Positions 1 through 9,208 of a stretch of DNA of 64,000 nt are shown here, in pieces. Position numbers and translations under genes: made by a program. The first letter of the stretch is position 1; each line of letters begins with the position of its first letter. The DNA comes from an uncultured Verrucomicrobiae bacterium (lineage in GTDB: Bacteria > Verrucomicrobiota > Verrucomicrobiia > Limisphaerales > Palsa-1400): contig OY969763.1 of NCBI GenBank assembly GCA_963702845.1, positions 2,016,001-2,080,000 on the forward strand. Direction: 5' to 3'. The notes below the pieces were generated by a model. The model saw nothing but the letters and a program-made list of their open reading frames with translations. It had not been told where the DNA came from and made no database searches.

Positions 1-2
1 AC

Positions 3-998
3 ATCGAAAAATCTTTTGCCGGTTTCCCGCGCAGTTACCCGTATTACGGCGATGACGCGATGGCGTATTCGCCCGCAGGATTTTTGTGGGACAATGCTCT
101 CGCCCATGGAAAAACCTTTCGCGACTATGGCGAGTTCACGCGCGATGACGCAATCTGGACCGATCGCAAACGACGCGACGGCCCGCATTTCCTCGATTGC
201 TATCGCGATTTCGTCAAAGGCGCTGGCGCAGTGACGCTCAGTAGCCATGCAACCGTTCCATCTCTCGAACCACACCTTTGCACCAACACCACAGGGTTTA
301 AACTCAACGTCCCGGATGTCTGGCGTGCCCGCATCTTTATTAATGAACTGAAGCAGTTTGAAAAAAACGATAGTCTCCCCGAATTGATGATTTTCCTGCT
401 GCCGAGTGATCACACTGCCGGCACAAAATCACGATCGCCAACGCCTGCTGCGAAGGTTGCTGATAACGATCTGGCGTTCGGTCAAATCGTCGAGGCGATC
501 AGTCATAGTAAATATTGGAAGGATACGTGCATCTTCGCGATTGAGGATGATCCGCAGATGGGTTTTGATCACGTTAGCAGCTATCGCACGACTGCCTATG
601 TTGCGAGCGCGTTTACGAAGCGTCATGCCGTGGTTCACGCACCTTACAACCAAACGAGTCTCGTCCGTACGATCGAGTTGATGCTCGGTTTGCCGCCAAT
701 GAATCAGCTCGATGCGACGGCGACGCCGATGTCCGAGTGTTTCACGGAGCAACCGGACCTCACGCCGTTCCAGCATGTCCGCAACAATATTCCGTTGGAT
801 CAGATGAATCCTGAACCGCACGCCATCAATGACGCGACGCAACGCAAATACGCGATTGCGTCAAATAAGTTGCCGTTGGATGACGCGGATGAATGCCCGG
901 AAGATTTGTTTAATCGTATTTTGTGGAATGCGCAGCGAGGGAATGAGCCGTATCCGGCTTGGGCGGTGAGTGTGACGAAAAAGACGGCGCGCGATTAA
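3..998 (+). CDS. 5'-truncated phosphoesterase / alkaline-phosphatase-superfamily protein (C-terminal part, of the type usually fused to a YncE/YVTN beta-propeller)
   Basis: The frame is open from position 3 (IEKSFAGFPRSYPYYGDDAM...). Motifs LPSDHT, ADNDLAFGQIVEAISHS and EDDPQMGFDHV are typical of this family. Confidence 0.7.
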   Translation: MEKSFAGFPRSYPYYGDDAMAYSPAGFLWDNALAHGKTFRDYGEFTRDDAIWTDRKRRDGPHFLDCYRDFVKGAGAVTLSSHATVPSLEPHLCTNTTGFKLNVPDVWRARIFINELKQFEKNDSLPELMIFLLPSDHTAGTKSRSPTPAAKVADNDLAFGQIVEAISHSKYWKDTCIFAIEDDPQMGFDHVSSYRTTAYVASAFTKRHAVVHAPYNQTSLVRTIELMLGLPPMNQLDATATPMSECFTEQPDLTPFQHVRNNIPLDQMNPEPHAINDATQRKYAIASNKLPLDDADECPEDLFNRILWNAQRGNEPYPAWAVSVTKKTARD

Positions 999-1016
999 AA
1001 TCGGGCGCGGCTTTTT
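978..1016 (+). terminator. Possible intrinsic (perhaps bidirectional) terminator between convergent genes
   Basis: Imperfect GC-rich stem gcgcgcgatt/aatcgggcgc, flanked by an A-tract and a T-tract. Confidence 0.3.
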
Positions 1017-1046
1017 ACCTCAAACGAAATGGCGTATCGACGTTGC

Positions 1047-1070
1047 TGCGGACGTGGACGTCCGCACTCC
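1047..1070 (-). repeat. REP-like hairpin (GGAG + TGCGGACGT-cc-ACGTCCGCA)
   Basis: Perfect 9-bp inverted repeat at 1047-1066, directly after the aldehyde dehydrogenase stop and preceded by GGAG on the minus strand. Confidence 0.5.
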
Positions 1071-1072
1071 GG

Positions 1073-2611
1073 CTACACGGTGAATTTGATGCCTTGGGCG
1101 AGCGGGAGTTGCGATGAGTAATTGACCGTCGCAGTTTGGCGGCGCATGTAAATTTTCCAGGAATCGCTGCCGCTTTCGCGACCGCCACCGGTTTCTTTTT
1201 CGCCACCAAAAGCGCCGCCGATTTCTGCGCCACTCGTCCCGATGTTTACGTTGGCGATACCACAATCGCTGCCACGGGATGACAGGAACAGCTCGGCTTC
1301 GCGAACGTCGTTTGTGAAGATGGCTGAGCTTAGGCCTTGTGGGACATCGTTGTTCCACTCGATGGCTTGATCGAATTTGGTGTAGGGAATGATGTAGAGA
1401 ATGGGCGCGAAGGTTTCTTCCTTCACGACTTCAGCGTGCGGCGGAGCTTTCGCGAGGCAGGGCGACACGTATTGGCCGCCGGGATAATTTTTGCCGGTGA
1501 GCTTTTGGCCGCCATAGAGGACCTCGCCGCCTTCTTGCTTCAAACGCGCGATGGCGTTTTGCATGGCTTCGACAGAGTTCTTGTTGATGAGCGGTCCCAT
1601 GAGCGTGCCTTTTTGCATCGGGTTGCCGATGGGCACTTGTTTATAGGCGCGGAGCAAACGAGCGGTGAGTTCTTTTTCGACCGATTGATGGACGAGGATA
1701 CGGCGGGTACTGGTGCAGCGTTGACCGGCGGTGCCGACAGAGCCGAAGACAATGCCGCGAGTCGCCAAATCCATGTCAGCGGTCGGAGCGACGATGATGG
1801 CGTTGTTGCCGCCGAGTTCCAAGAGCACGCGGCCGAAGCGTCCCTGGACCGTTTGGCCGATGGAGCGGCCCATGGCCGTTGAACCGGTTGCGGAAATAAG
1901 CGGGATGCGTTTGTCGGCGCACATGGGTTCGCCGATTTCTTTGCGATTGCCCATGGCCAAGCAGAAGATCGCGGGATCAACGTCGTTGGCGAGGCAAACG
2001 CGTTCGGCGATTTTGATGCACGCGATGGCGGTTAAAGGGGTTTGTTCAGACGGTTTCCAAATGGTGGAATCGCCGCACACGGCCGCCAAGGCGCTGTTCC
2101 AGGCCCACACAGCAACAGGGAAATTGAAGGCGGTAATGATGCCGACGATGCCGAGCGGATGCCATTGCTCCATCATGCGGTGTTGCGGGCGTTCGGAGGC
2201 GATGGTCAGGCCATAGAGTTGGCGGGAAAGGCCGACGGCGAAATCGCAGATGTCGATCATTTCCTGCACTTCACCCTCGCCTTCGGCAAGGATCTTGCCA
2301 GCTTCGAGCGTGACGAGTTTGCCGAGGTCGCTCTTGGCTTCGCGCAAGGCATTGCCGAGTTGGCGGATGAGTTCGCCGCGTTTTGGCGCAGGGACGTTTT
2401 GCCATTGTTGAAAAGCTTTTTGCGCACGCGTGACCACTTTTTGGTAATCGTCGGCTGTGCCTGTCTTAATCTTCGCGATGACTTTGCCGTCGATGGGCGA
2501 AACGCTTTCGAGGACACGGCCACTACCGCCCCATTCGCCCCAGAACACGCCGGGGTTGGTGGCCTGCAGGCCGAGCTTTTTCAACAATGCAGTGGTCAGA
2601 GATTTTTCCAT
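1073..2611 (-). CDS. pcd: Aldehyde dehydrogenase family 7 (piperideine-6-carboxylate / alpha-aminoadipic semialdehyde dehydrogenase)
   Basis: ITAFNFP, ATGST, LLELGGNN, TAGQRCT (catalytic Cys), ETFAPI, GTSGAEIGGAFGGEKETGGGRESGSD. Same-strand neighbour of lat. Confidence 0.88.
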   Translation of the reverse strand: MEKSLTTALLKKLGLQATNPGVFWGEWGGSGRVLESVSPIDGKVIAKIKTGTADDYQKVVTRAQKAFQQWQNVPAPKRGELIRQLGNALREAKSDLGKLVTLEAGKILAEGEGEVQEMIDICDFAVGLSRQLYGLTIASERPQHRMMEQWHPLGIVGIITAFNFPVAVWAWNSALAAVCGDSTIWKPSEQTPLTAIACIKIAERVCLANDVDPAIFCLAMGNRKEIGEPMCADKRIPLISATGSTAMGRSIGQTVQGRFGRVLLELGGNNAIIVAPTADMDLATRGIVFGSVGTAGQRCTSTRRILVHQSVEKELTARLLRAYKQVPIGNPMQKGTLMGPLINKNSVEAMQNAIARLKQEGGEVLYGGQKLTGKNYPGGQYVSPCLAKAPPHAEVVKEETFAPILYIIPYTKFDQAIEWNNDVPQGLSSAIFTNDVREAELFLSSRGSDCGIANVNIGTSGAEIGGAFGGEKETGGGRESGSDSWKIYMRRQTATVNYSSQLPLAQGIKFTV

Positions 2612-2620
2612 AAGTTGAAA

Positions 2621-2899
2621 TTAAAGATTTTCGAGTTTCTTTAGTTCCATGGCGAGCAACTCATAAATTATCGAACGCTTTTCAATGTAATCACACCGAA
2701 TTACGTCGCCATCGTATCGAAACACGACTCGATATCCTTTCACTCGCAAGCGCCAATAACCAGTAAATTCGCCCTGCAGAGGCTTGATATCTCCTCTTCC
2801 ATTGGGGAGTTGTTTGATGGCAGAGGCTAGGGCGTGTTTTGGCTCTGGGGCCAGCGCTTTCAGGAAATCGCGCACTGGGGTCGATAGCTCAACTTTCAT
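2621..2899 (-). CDS. Type II toxin, RelE/ParE superfamily
   Basis: 92 aa; GDIKPLQG..GYWRLRVKGYRVVF; overlaps the antitoxin stop. Confidence 0.85.
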   Translation of the reverse strand: MKVELSTPVRDFLKALAPEPKHALASAIKQLPNGRGDIKPLQGEFTGYWRLRVKGYRVVFRYDGDVIRCDYIEKRSIIYELLAMELKKLENL

Positions 2900-3137
2900 T
2901 GAGCGATTCGAGCGAGTGATATTTCATTTTGCCTGCGCGCGCGGCGCGGATTGCTTTAACGGCGTCTGGATTGGACATCAATTCCAATGACTCGACGAGA
3001 GATTCCAACTGCTCCTTTGACACGAGATAGGCGACCTTTTCGTCACGCCGGGTGATCGCGACGACGTGATCTTCGGCTTCTTTCAAAATACGTGGCAGGG
3101 AAGCCTGCGCCTTCGAGACTGAATACGTATTTTTCAT
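2889..3137 (-). CDS. Type II antitoxin, Phd/YefM family
   Basis: 82 aa; YSVSKAQASLPRIL...VAITRRDEKVAYLVS...ESLELMSNP; directly upstream of the RelE-like toxin. Confidence 0.85.
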   Translation of the reverse strand: MKNTYSVSKAQASLPRILKEAEDHVVAITRRDEKVAYLVSKEQLESLVESLELMSNPDAVKAIRAARAGKMKYHSLESLNES

Positions 3138-3173
3138 GAAAAGTTACATAGCATGAAAAATTCAACTTGTAAA
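3129..3173 (-). promoter_or_regulatory. TA promoter and operator (probable leaderless mRNA)
   Basis: Minus strand TTTACA-17 nt-(TGc)TATGTA, 7 nt before the ATG. A 10-bp inverted repeat ATTTTTCATG/CATGAAAAAT (3129-3138/3152-3161) and the palindrome TTTTCATGAAAA cover the start codon. Confidence 0.55.
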
Positions 3174-3181
3174 GGAAGGTG

Positions 3182-4172
3182 CTACTTCAGCATCAATGAC
3201 GCTAACGAGAAATAGAACAACAGAGAAAATATGTCGGTGAGGGCAAGGGTGATTGGGCCGGCAGCGATCTTGGGATCGAGTTTCAAGGCATGCAGGGCGG
3301 TTGGGATGCTGATTCCAAAAGTACCACGCGGCAAGGAATGAGAACACGATCGTGCAGCCCACGACGAGGCCGGCCATAACAGTGCCGCGCCATAGCCACA
3401 CAATAAAAAAAACGACCGTGCCGCTCGCGAGCCCAAGCAGAAACCCGACGGAAACTTCGCGGCCAAGTGCGCCAAAATACCAGCGCCACGTTGGAGTTTT
3501 AGCATGGAGAGCTTGAATGGATAACGAGACCGATTGGATGCTAACGCTTTCGCAAAGGCCAAGGACCAAAGCTAGAAAGAACGTTACGATGACGACTTTG
3601 GACAGCGTCATTTCGAATGCTCCCGAAATAAGCGCGCAGAGCACACCGCTGGTGATGGTTGCCAGGAGCCACGGGAATCGGTGACTGAACGCTTTTAAAG
3701 GCGACGCACCGTGCAATTGTGAGATACGAAAACCAATGGTTTCGAACACGTCATCGACTCGCTCGCGTTCCGCCAAATCGAACACTTCTTCCGTGAACAA
3801 ACCAACATCGAGGGTGCCGAGGAGTCGGTGTTGATCGTCGACGACCGGGAAGGCGAGGAATTTGTATAACACGAAGAACTCGCAGGCTTCGGCCAGAGTG
3901 GCTGTGTGCGGAATCGTTACGATACGGCGCACCGTGATTTCGGAGATTGGCTGTTCTAACGGCGCAACGAGTAAGCGCCGCGTTGGCAAAACACCAATGA
4001 GTTTTCCGGTGCTGTCGACGACGTAAAAGTAAACGATCGCTTCAGAAGGCTTTTGCGTCCTGATCGCAGCGAGCGCCTGGCCGGCAGTCATGTCGTGGCG
4101 CAACAGCGCGAAGCCCTTGCGCAAATATGGCAACACCGGCTCGTCGAGATGCTGTGGCTTGCCGTTGGTCAC
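3182..4172 (-). CDS. mgtE: MgtE-family magnesium transporter (CBS pair + membrane domain); one apparent +1 frameshift near 3325
   Basis: CBS domains (YFYVVD...LIGV; FPVVDD), RFPWLL. The C-terminal LKLDPKIAAGPITLALTD motif lies in the adjacent frame ending at 3182. Confidence 0.8.
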
Positions 4173-4199
4173 TATTTCTTTTTGTAAGTTCCAGACGGT

Positions 4200-5561
4200 T
4201 TATCCGCCCATTTTTCGGCACTGCTCATCAATCAACCCGATAGCCTTCTCAATCACATCTTGCGTGATGTTTAAGGCTGGACGCAAACGAATGGAGCGTT
4301 CGCCGCAGCGCAGGACCAACAGACCGACTTCGTACGCCCCGGTCCAGAAACGATTTCGCATTTCGGCAGTTGGCATCGTGAAGGACACCAATAAGCCACG
4401 GCTGCGAATCGCTTGAATCATGGGATGCTTTTTCGCGAGCCGCTGTAGTTCGCTGGTGAAAAAGTCGCCCATCTTGCGCGCGTTCTCCGGCAAATTTTCA
4501 CGTTCGTAAATGTGAAGGAAATGCGTCGAGCGGACGTAGTCGCAGAAATTGCCGCCCCAAGTGGAATTAATTCGACTCGGCGTGCGGAATACATTCTCCG
4601 GGACTTCGTCGAGACGAGGGCCGGCAATGATGCCGCATACCTGCGCTTTTTTGCCGAAGGCCATGATGTCCGGAGGCACATCGAAATGTTGCCAGCACCA
4701 ATGTTTGCCGGTCACGCCCATGCCGACTTGCACTTCGTCGTAAATCAACAAGATGTCACTTTCATCACAGATGTCGCGCAGCTTCTGCAACCATTCGCGA
4801 CGGAAATGATTATCGCCGCCTTCGCCCTGGATGGGTTCAATAATGATCGCGGCGATGTCGTGACCTTTTTGTTTGATGACGTCGCGAATCTGCGCTTCGG
4901 CTTCTTTTTCCTTTTGCACGACGTTCGGAAGCTGTTCTGCTTCCGGCAAGGTATGGTCAATGCACGGGGTGAGAATACGCGGCCACGGGAACTTTGCGAA
5001 ATAATCAGTCTTGCGCGGATCGGTGTTCGTCAGACTCATCGTGTAACCGCTGCGACCATGGAACGCGCGCTGGAAATGGATGATCTCCGTGCCGCGTTCA
5101 CCTCGACCAGCTGCGATGCTTTTGCGAACTTTCCAATCCATCGCCGCCTTCAATGCGTTCTCGACTGCGAGCGCGCCACCGTCGATGAAAAAGTAACGGT
5201 TCAACGGCAGAGCAGGGACGACGCGCGCGAACGTATCGACGAACGTGGCAAATTGAACGGAGTAAACGTCGGCGCTGGCAACCTTGATCTTTGCTGCGTT
5301 GAGTAAATCAGCTTTGACGTCCGGGTTGTCGAAATGGGGATGATTGAATCCCACCGGCATGGACGCATAAAACGAATACATGTCGATGAATTCGCGGCCA
5401 GTCGGTGCGTCGACGAGAATTGATCCGTGGCTGCGCTCGAGGTCGATGACTATTTTGAAGCCGTCGACGAGAATATGTTGCTCGAGATGAGCTACTGCGT
5501 TTTGCGGAGTTATTTTATCCGCTTTGGCCGGAGGTCGATTTGTTTTGTGCGTGCTAATCAT
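4200..5561 (-). CDS. lat: L-lysine 6-transaminase (class III PLP aminotransferase)
   Basis: FFIDGGALAVENALKAA, AFHGRSGYTMSLTNT, EPIQGEGGD, DEVQ, AFGKK, RINSTWGGN. Start placed at the ATG at 5561 because the longer ORF overlaps dop. Confidence 0.9.
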   Translation of the reverse strand: MISTHKTNRPPAKADKITPQNAVAHLEQHILVDGFKIVIDLERSHGSILVDAPTGREFIDMYSFYASMPVGFNHPHFDNPDVKADLLNAAKIKVASADVYSVQFATFVDTFARVVPALPLNRYFFIDGGALAVENALKAAMDWKVRKSIAAGRGERGTEIIHFQRAFHGRSGYTMSLTNTDPRKTDYFAKFPWPRILTPCIDHTLPEAEQLPNVVQKEKEAEAQIRDVIKQKGHDIAAIIIEPIQGEGGDNHFRREWLQKLRDICDESDILLIYDEVQVGMGVTGKHWCWQHFDVPPDIMAFGKKAQVCGIIAGPRLDEVPENVFRTPSRINSTWGGNFCDYVRSTHFLHIYERENLPENARKMGDFFTSELQRLAKKHPMIQAIRSRGLLVSFTMPTAEMRNRFWTGAYEVGLLVLRCGERSIRLRPALNITQDVIEKAIGLIDEQCRKMGG

Positions 5562-5691
5562 AAGGATCGGAAGATTCAACTTAGAATTGCACAACGAGCC
5601 TTTCAAGAAAATAGGGCGCAGCATGAATCGCTGAACCGCTCGGAGCGCGGACAATGATGTCGACGAGAGTACGAACGTGACGCGCGTTCCG

Positions 5692-7224
5692 CTAGACCAT
5701 TGCCGGTTCGGCGATCTTCTGCAGGTCGTCCGGTGTCTTTGCTGCATCAACAACCTGTGCAAAGGCGGCCAATTCTTCCGGCGTAAAGACGTTGAGCAAC
5801 GAAATTTTCAGTGGGCCACTGCTGCCTTGCAAGGTGACGTGGTCCCATTGCGCCGATACGACGTATTGCGAGAATTTCTGAATACACCGGCCACGGATGT
5901 ATGCGCGAGTCGTGCGCGGCGGTTCGGCAATTGCGCGTCGCACCAAACCTTCGTCCGGAATACCTTGCATCTGGCCGGCTTGTTCGAGCGCATAGTAAAG
6001 GCCCTGGTCTCGATCGAGGCGATGATATTCCAAGTCCAGACTTTGCAACCACGGATCCGTTGGACTCAGGTTTTGCGAGCTCTGAAATTGGCGAACGAGC
6101 GCAAGTTTTGCAACCCAATCGAGGCGATCCTTGCAGCGCATGGGATCGGCTTCAAGGTCTGTTAAAACTTTGTTCCAATCTGCGACCATTTTTATTTTCG
6201 CCGGATCGGTCAGATCACACAAATCGTTGACCGCATCCCAGTATTCGCGCTGAATCTGTAATGCGTTGGTGCAGCGATTATCATGCAGGCGCACTTCCCA
6301 TTGGAATTTCGAATCGCGCGAGATGCTCATCAACGATTGCAGGGGCTCGCTGAGGATTGGATAAACTCGCTTTGGATTACGCGCCAATGCTTCGAGAACC
6401 AGCGCGGTTGTTCCAATCTTCAGACGTGTCGCAAAAGGTGACATGTTGGCGTCGCCAAGAATGACGTGGAACCGACGGAAAAGAGTCGGATTGGCGTGTG
6501 GTTCATCACGCGTATTTACGATCGGACGCCGCTGCATTGTGTCGACGCTCTGCAGCTCGCTGAAGAAATCGCTTCGCTGCGAGATTTGGAATCCGGGCGC
6601 TAAGAATTTGTCTTCTTCCTCATAGGCAAACTTTCCAGCGCCGGCGATGATTTGCCGCGTTACGAGAAATGCCTGGATACCGCGAGCGAGTTTTTCCCAC
6701 GGCAAAGCCCGGGGAAGTAAATAATTCTCGTGGCAACCATAGCTGTGGCCGCGAAAATCAGTGTTGTTCTTATACAGCCTGACGGCAGACCCACGTTCTT
6801 CGGAGAGCTTTTGTCCGCAACGCATCAGGATGCGTTCACCGGCACGGTCATGGGCGACGAGTTCGTCGACGCTATTGCATTCCGGTGTGCAATATTCCGG
6901 ATGCGCATGGTCGTTGTAATAGCGGGCGCCGTTGCCGAGAACCAGGTCGCTCTTTATTTCCACGAACGTCAGCTCACGCTGCGCGTCCTGGGCGAAATAA
7001 TAGGTCTCGTCAACGTCCTGCCGTAATTCCTCCACGTGAAACCCACGCATATCTGCGTGAGGATCCTCACAATCGTAATCCCACCGCATGAGCACACCGG
7101 ACTTGGTTGCACTGCGCACCAACGCCATTGATTCGGCGACAACGTCTAAATTGTCCTCGTTGTCCCGTGCGATCCCGATTTCGGTTTCAGTCCCAAATTG
7201 GATTATCATTTTCTCTCTCTGCAT
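5692..7224 (-). CDS. dop: Dop-like deamidase/depupylase of the Pup/UBact system
   Basis: GTETEIGI, Dop-loop-like WDYDCEDPHADMRGF, NGARYYNDHAHPEY, YKNNTDFRGHSYGCHENY, NTRDEPHA, RRFHVILGDAN. Confidence 0.85.
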   Translation of the reverse strand: MQREKMIIQFGTETEIGIARDNEDNLDVVAESMALVRSATKSGVLMRWDYDCEDPHADMRGFHVEELRQDVDETYYFAQDAQRELTFVEIKSDLVLGNGARYYNDHAHPEYCTPECNSVDELVAHDRAGERILMRCGQKLSEERGSAVRLYKNNTDFRGHSYGCHENYLLPRALPWEKLARGIQAFLVTRQIIAGAGKFAYEEEDKFLAPGFQISQRSDFFSELQSVDTMQRRPIVNTRDEPHANPTLFRRFHVILGDANMSPFATRLKIGTTALVLEALARNPKRVYPILSEPLQSLMSISRDSKFQWEVRLHDNRCTNALQIQREYWDAVNDLCDLTDPAKIKMVADWNKVLTDLEADPMRCKDRLDWVAKLALVRQFQSSQNLSPTDPWLQSLDLEYHRLDRDQGLYYALEQAGQMQGIPDEGLVRRAIAEPPRTTRAYIRGRCIQKFSQYVVSAQWDHVTLQGSSGPLKISLLNVFTPEELAAFAQVVDAAKTPDDLQKIAEPAMV

Positions 7225-7260
7225 AGGACTCCCTCAATCGCTCTCACGTTCATTATATTC

Positions 7261-7275
7261 GCATTACTTGTGCCA
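7261..7275 (-). promoter_or_regulatory. Candidate sigma-54 (-24/-12) promoter for dop
   Basis: Minus strand TGGCACAAGTAATGC (GG-N10-GC), about 36 nt upstream of the dop ATG and its GAGGGAG RBS. Confidence 0.45.
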
Positions 7276-7360
7276 CACTGCGCGTTGGCGCGCTGCGGCA
7301 ACACTTCTTGCGATCACGAACCTGGAATATTTTCTAGCGTGCACGGTCTCCTTAAAATGT

Positions 7361-9070
7361 TCAGATGATTCCGGTGCCGAGCTCATCCTTTTTGAGGGGA
7401 CGAATCGGTCCGAGTCGAATCACGTTGTCGGGATCAAAATCTGTCAGCTTCAACCAATCTTCGGTGATGTCCGTCGGCGGGAAGAGATCGTTCTCGCTGT
7501 ATTCCTTCTTCATCGCGAGGATCAGGTCGTCGCGCGTAATCGTCGTGTCCTGTTTGGTCTCGATTGCGCGTTTGATCGCGAGACTCTTGGCACGTTCGAC
7601 AACCGCGGCAATGATCGCGCCGCTGGCGAGATCGCCACGATAGAGGAAGTCTTTTCTGCCACTGCGATAAACAATCTCCAGAAATTGATTTTCTGCGTTA
7701 TGTGAATAATGCGCTTCTGTAATTACCTTAGCCAACTCTTCGCGAGGTTCGGCCAATGGCAAGGTGTCCTTGAGATAAATCTCGTAAATCTTCTGCGCGC
7801 CTTCTTTGTTTGGGCGGTTGACCTTGATCTTTCGATCAATACGGCCCGGGCGCAGGATTGCGGGATCGATCAGATCAGCGCGGTTGGACGCGAGGATGAC
7901 CACCACGTTGGTGAGCGGTTCGATGCCGTCCATTTCCGTGCAGAACATCGGCACGACGGTGCTAAGTATATTGTTATACCGACCGGCGCGCCGTGTTCCT
8001 AGAATCGATTCAGCTTCGTCGATGAAAAGGAAGGCCAGATGGCCATCGGCCGCGCGTTCGCGACACTGAGCAAACAGGTCACGAACCTGACGCTCCGATT
8101 CACCGACCCACATGTTTAAAATTTCAGGGCCTTTGACGTGGAGGAAGAACTCAGGCCGATCAATGCCGGTTTCTGTCTTGATTTGTTGGCGCAGATTGAA
8201 CGCGGTGGCTTTGCCGAGCAGCGTCTTGCCACAGCCGGGAGGCCCGTGTAAGAGGAAGCCTTTTGGCACCGTGTGTTCAAACTTTTTGAACAAGGCGCGA
8301 TGCAAGAACGGCATTTCGATGGTGTCGCGAATTGCCTGAACGGCTTCGTCCTGTCCACCAATGGAAGACCACGGAATTTCGTTCACCGTTTCAAGGGCGC
8401 GTTCGATGCGTTTGCCAATGCCGATCACTTCGAGAGCAACGCGTTGGTTGGCGTCGAGGCGAATTTCCATGCCGGGCTTGAGCTTTTCCTTGGCGAGCAA
8501 CGAAGAACGGAGCAACACCGAACTGATCAAACCGGATTCCTGGCCGATGCGCAGACGTCCGCCAGAAAGTAGTTCATCAATGCGGACAATGGGACCGTTG
8601 CGCTCAAAGCCAAGCCCTTGCACGACGGCGAACGCTTCATTCAACAAGACGCGTTGGCCGACTTGCAAACTGGACAGCGGAATTTGCGGGTCGATGCGAC
8701 AGACGTAATCCGTGCCACCTACGCAGACGTGCGCTTTGTCGGGCTCGATGGGCATAAGAAATGTGCCGACTCGAAAAGCGGGTGAACGCAATTTTTCTAT
8801 GATGGCGTCCATTTTCTCGATGGTCTGGCGCGCCTGGTCGTTTACCTCTTCGATGTCCGCAACGCGGTCGCGGAGGTAAATCATGTCCATGATGGAACTG
8901 TGGCGCGGCGGCAACTTGCCAACGATCATGTCAACGAGCTGCAACGCAGATAACTGATCCATCTGGTCGCGGCTGAGGACATCGGGCGAACTCAAGGGAC
9001 TATCGGAACTTTCGCTGGGGGACTTCTGGCCGGAAGCGGAACCTGCCGGCCTCTTCTTCGATTCTGCCAT
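7361..9070 (-). CDS. arc: Proteasome-associated AAA+ ATPase (ARC/Mpa family)
   Basis: N-terminal coiled coil, two OB-like segments (GQRVLLNEA), Walker A GPPGCGKT, pore loop KGPEILNMWVGESER, Walker B FIDEAES, SRH ASNRADLIDPAILRPGRID. Confidence 0.9.
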   Translation of the reverse strand: MAESKKRPAGSASGQKSPSESSDSPLSSPDVLSRDQMDQLSALQLVDMIVGKLPPRHSSIMDMIYLRDRVADIEEVNDQARQTIEKMDAIIEKLRSPAFRVGTFLMPIEPDKAHVCVGGTDYVCRIDPQIPLSSLQVGQRVLLNEAFAVVQGLGFERNGPIVRIDELLSGGRLRIGQESGLISSVLLRSSLLAKEKLKPGMEIRLDANQRVALEVIGIGKRIERALETVNEIPWSSIGGQDEAVQAIRDTIEMPFLHRALFKKFEHTVPKGFLLHGPPGCGKTLLGKATAFNLRQQIKTETGIDRPEFFLHVKGPEILNMWVGESERQVRDLFAQCRERAADGHLAFLFIDEAESILGTRRAGRYNNILSTVVPMFCTEMDGIEPLTNVVVILASNRADLIDPAILRPGRIDRKIKVNRPNKEGAQKIYEIYLKDTLPLAEPREELAKVITEAHYSHNAENQFLEIVYRSGRKDFLYRGDLASGAIIAAVVERAKSLAIKRAIETKQDTTITRDDLILAMKKEYSENDLFPPTDITEDWLKLTDFDPDNVIRLGPIRPLKKDELGTGII

Positions 9071-9106
9071 GTTAGTAAGGTATCCCTTTGAAAAAACTTT
9101 TTCAAA
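9071..9106 (-). promoter_or_regulatory. arc promoter with overlapping palindromic operator
   Basis: Minus strand TTGAAA-17 nt-TACCTT, 6 nt before the ATG. Perfect inverted repeat TTTGAAAAA-ac-TTTTTCAAA at 9087-9106. Confidence 0.45.
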
Positions 9107-9208
9107 TGGCAGCGGCCTTTTTACGAAAATATTTCCGGGCGAAACCGGCTGATTATCCTGTCAAAGTTTTGTGCATGTGTTACCTTTATCAGTCTTCCCC
9201 CGTGACGA

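Noticed and set aside
5562..5762. N-terminal extension of lat in the ORF track (start 5762)
   Set aside because: It overlaps the dop 3' end and has no aminotransferase similarity; the ATG at 5561 is more plausible.
7029..7043. parS-like sequence (ctCCACGTGAAAC) given smc in the window
   Set aside because: Only one arm matches the TGTTTCACGTGAAACA palindrome, and it lies in the dop coding sequence (GFHVE).
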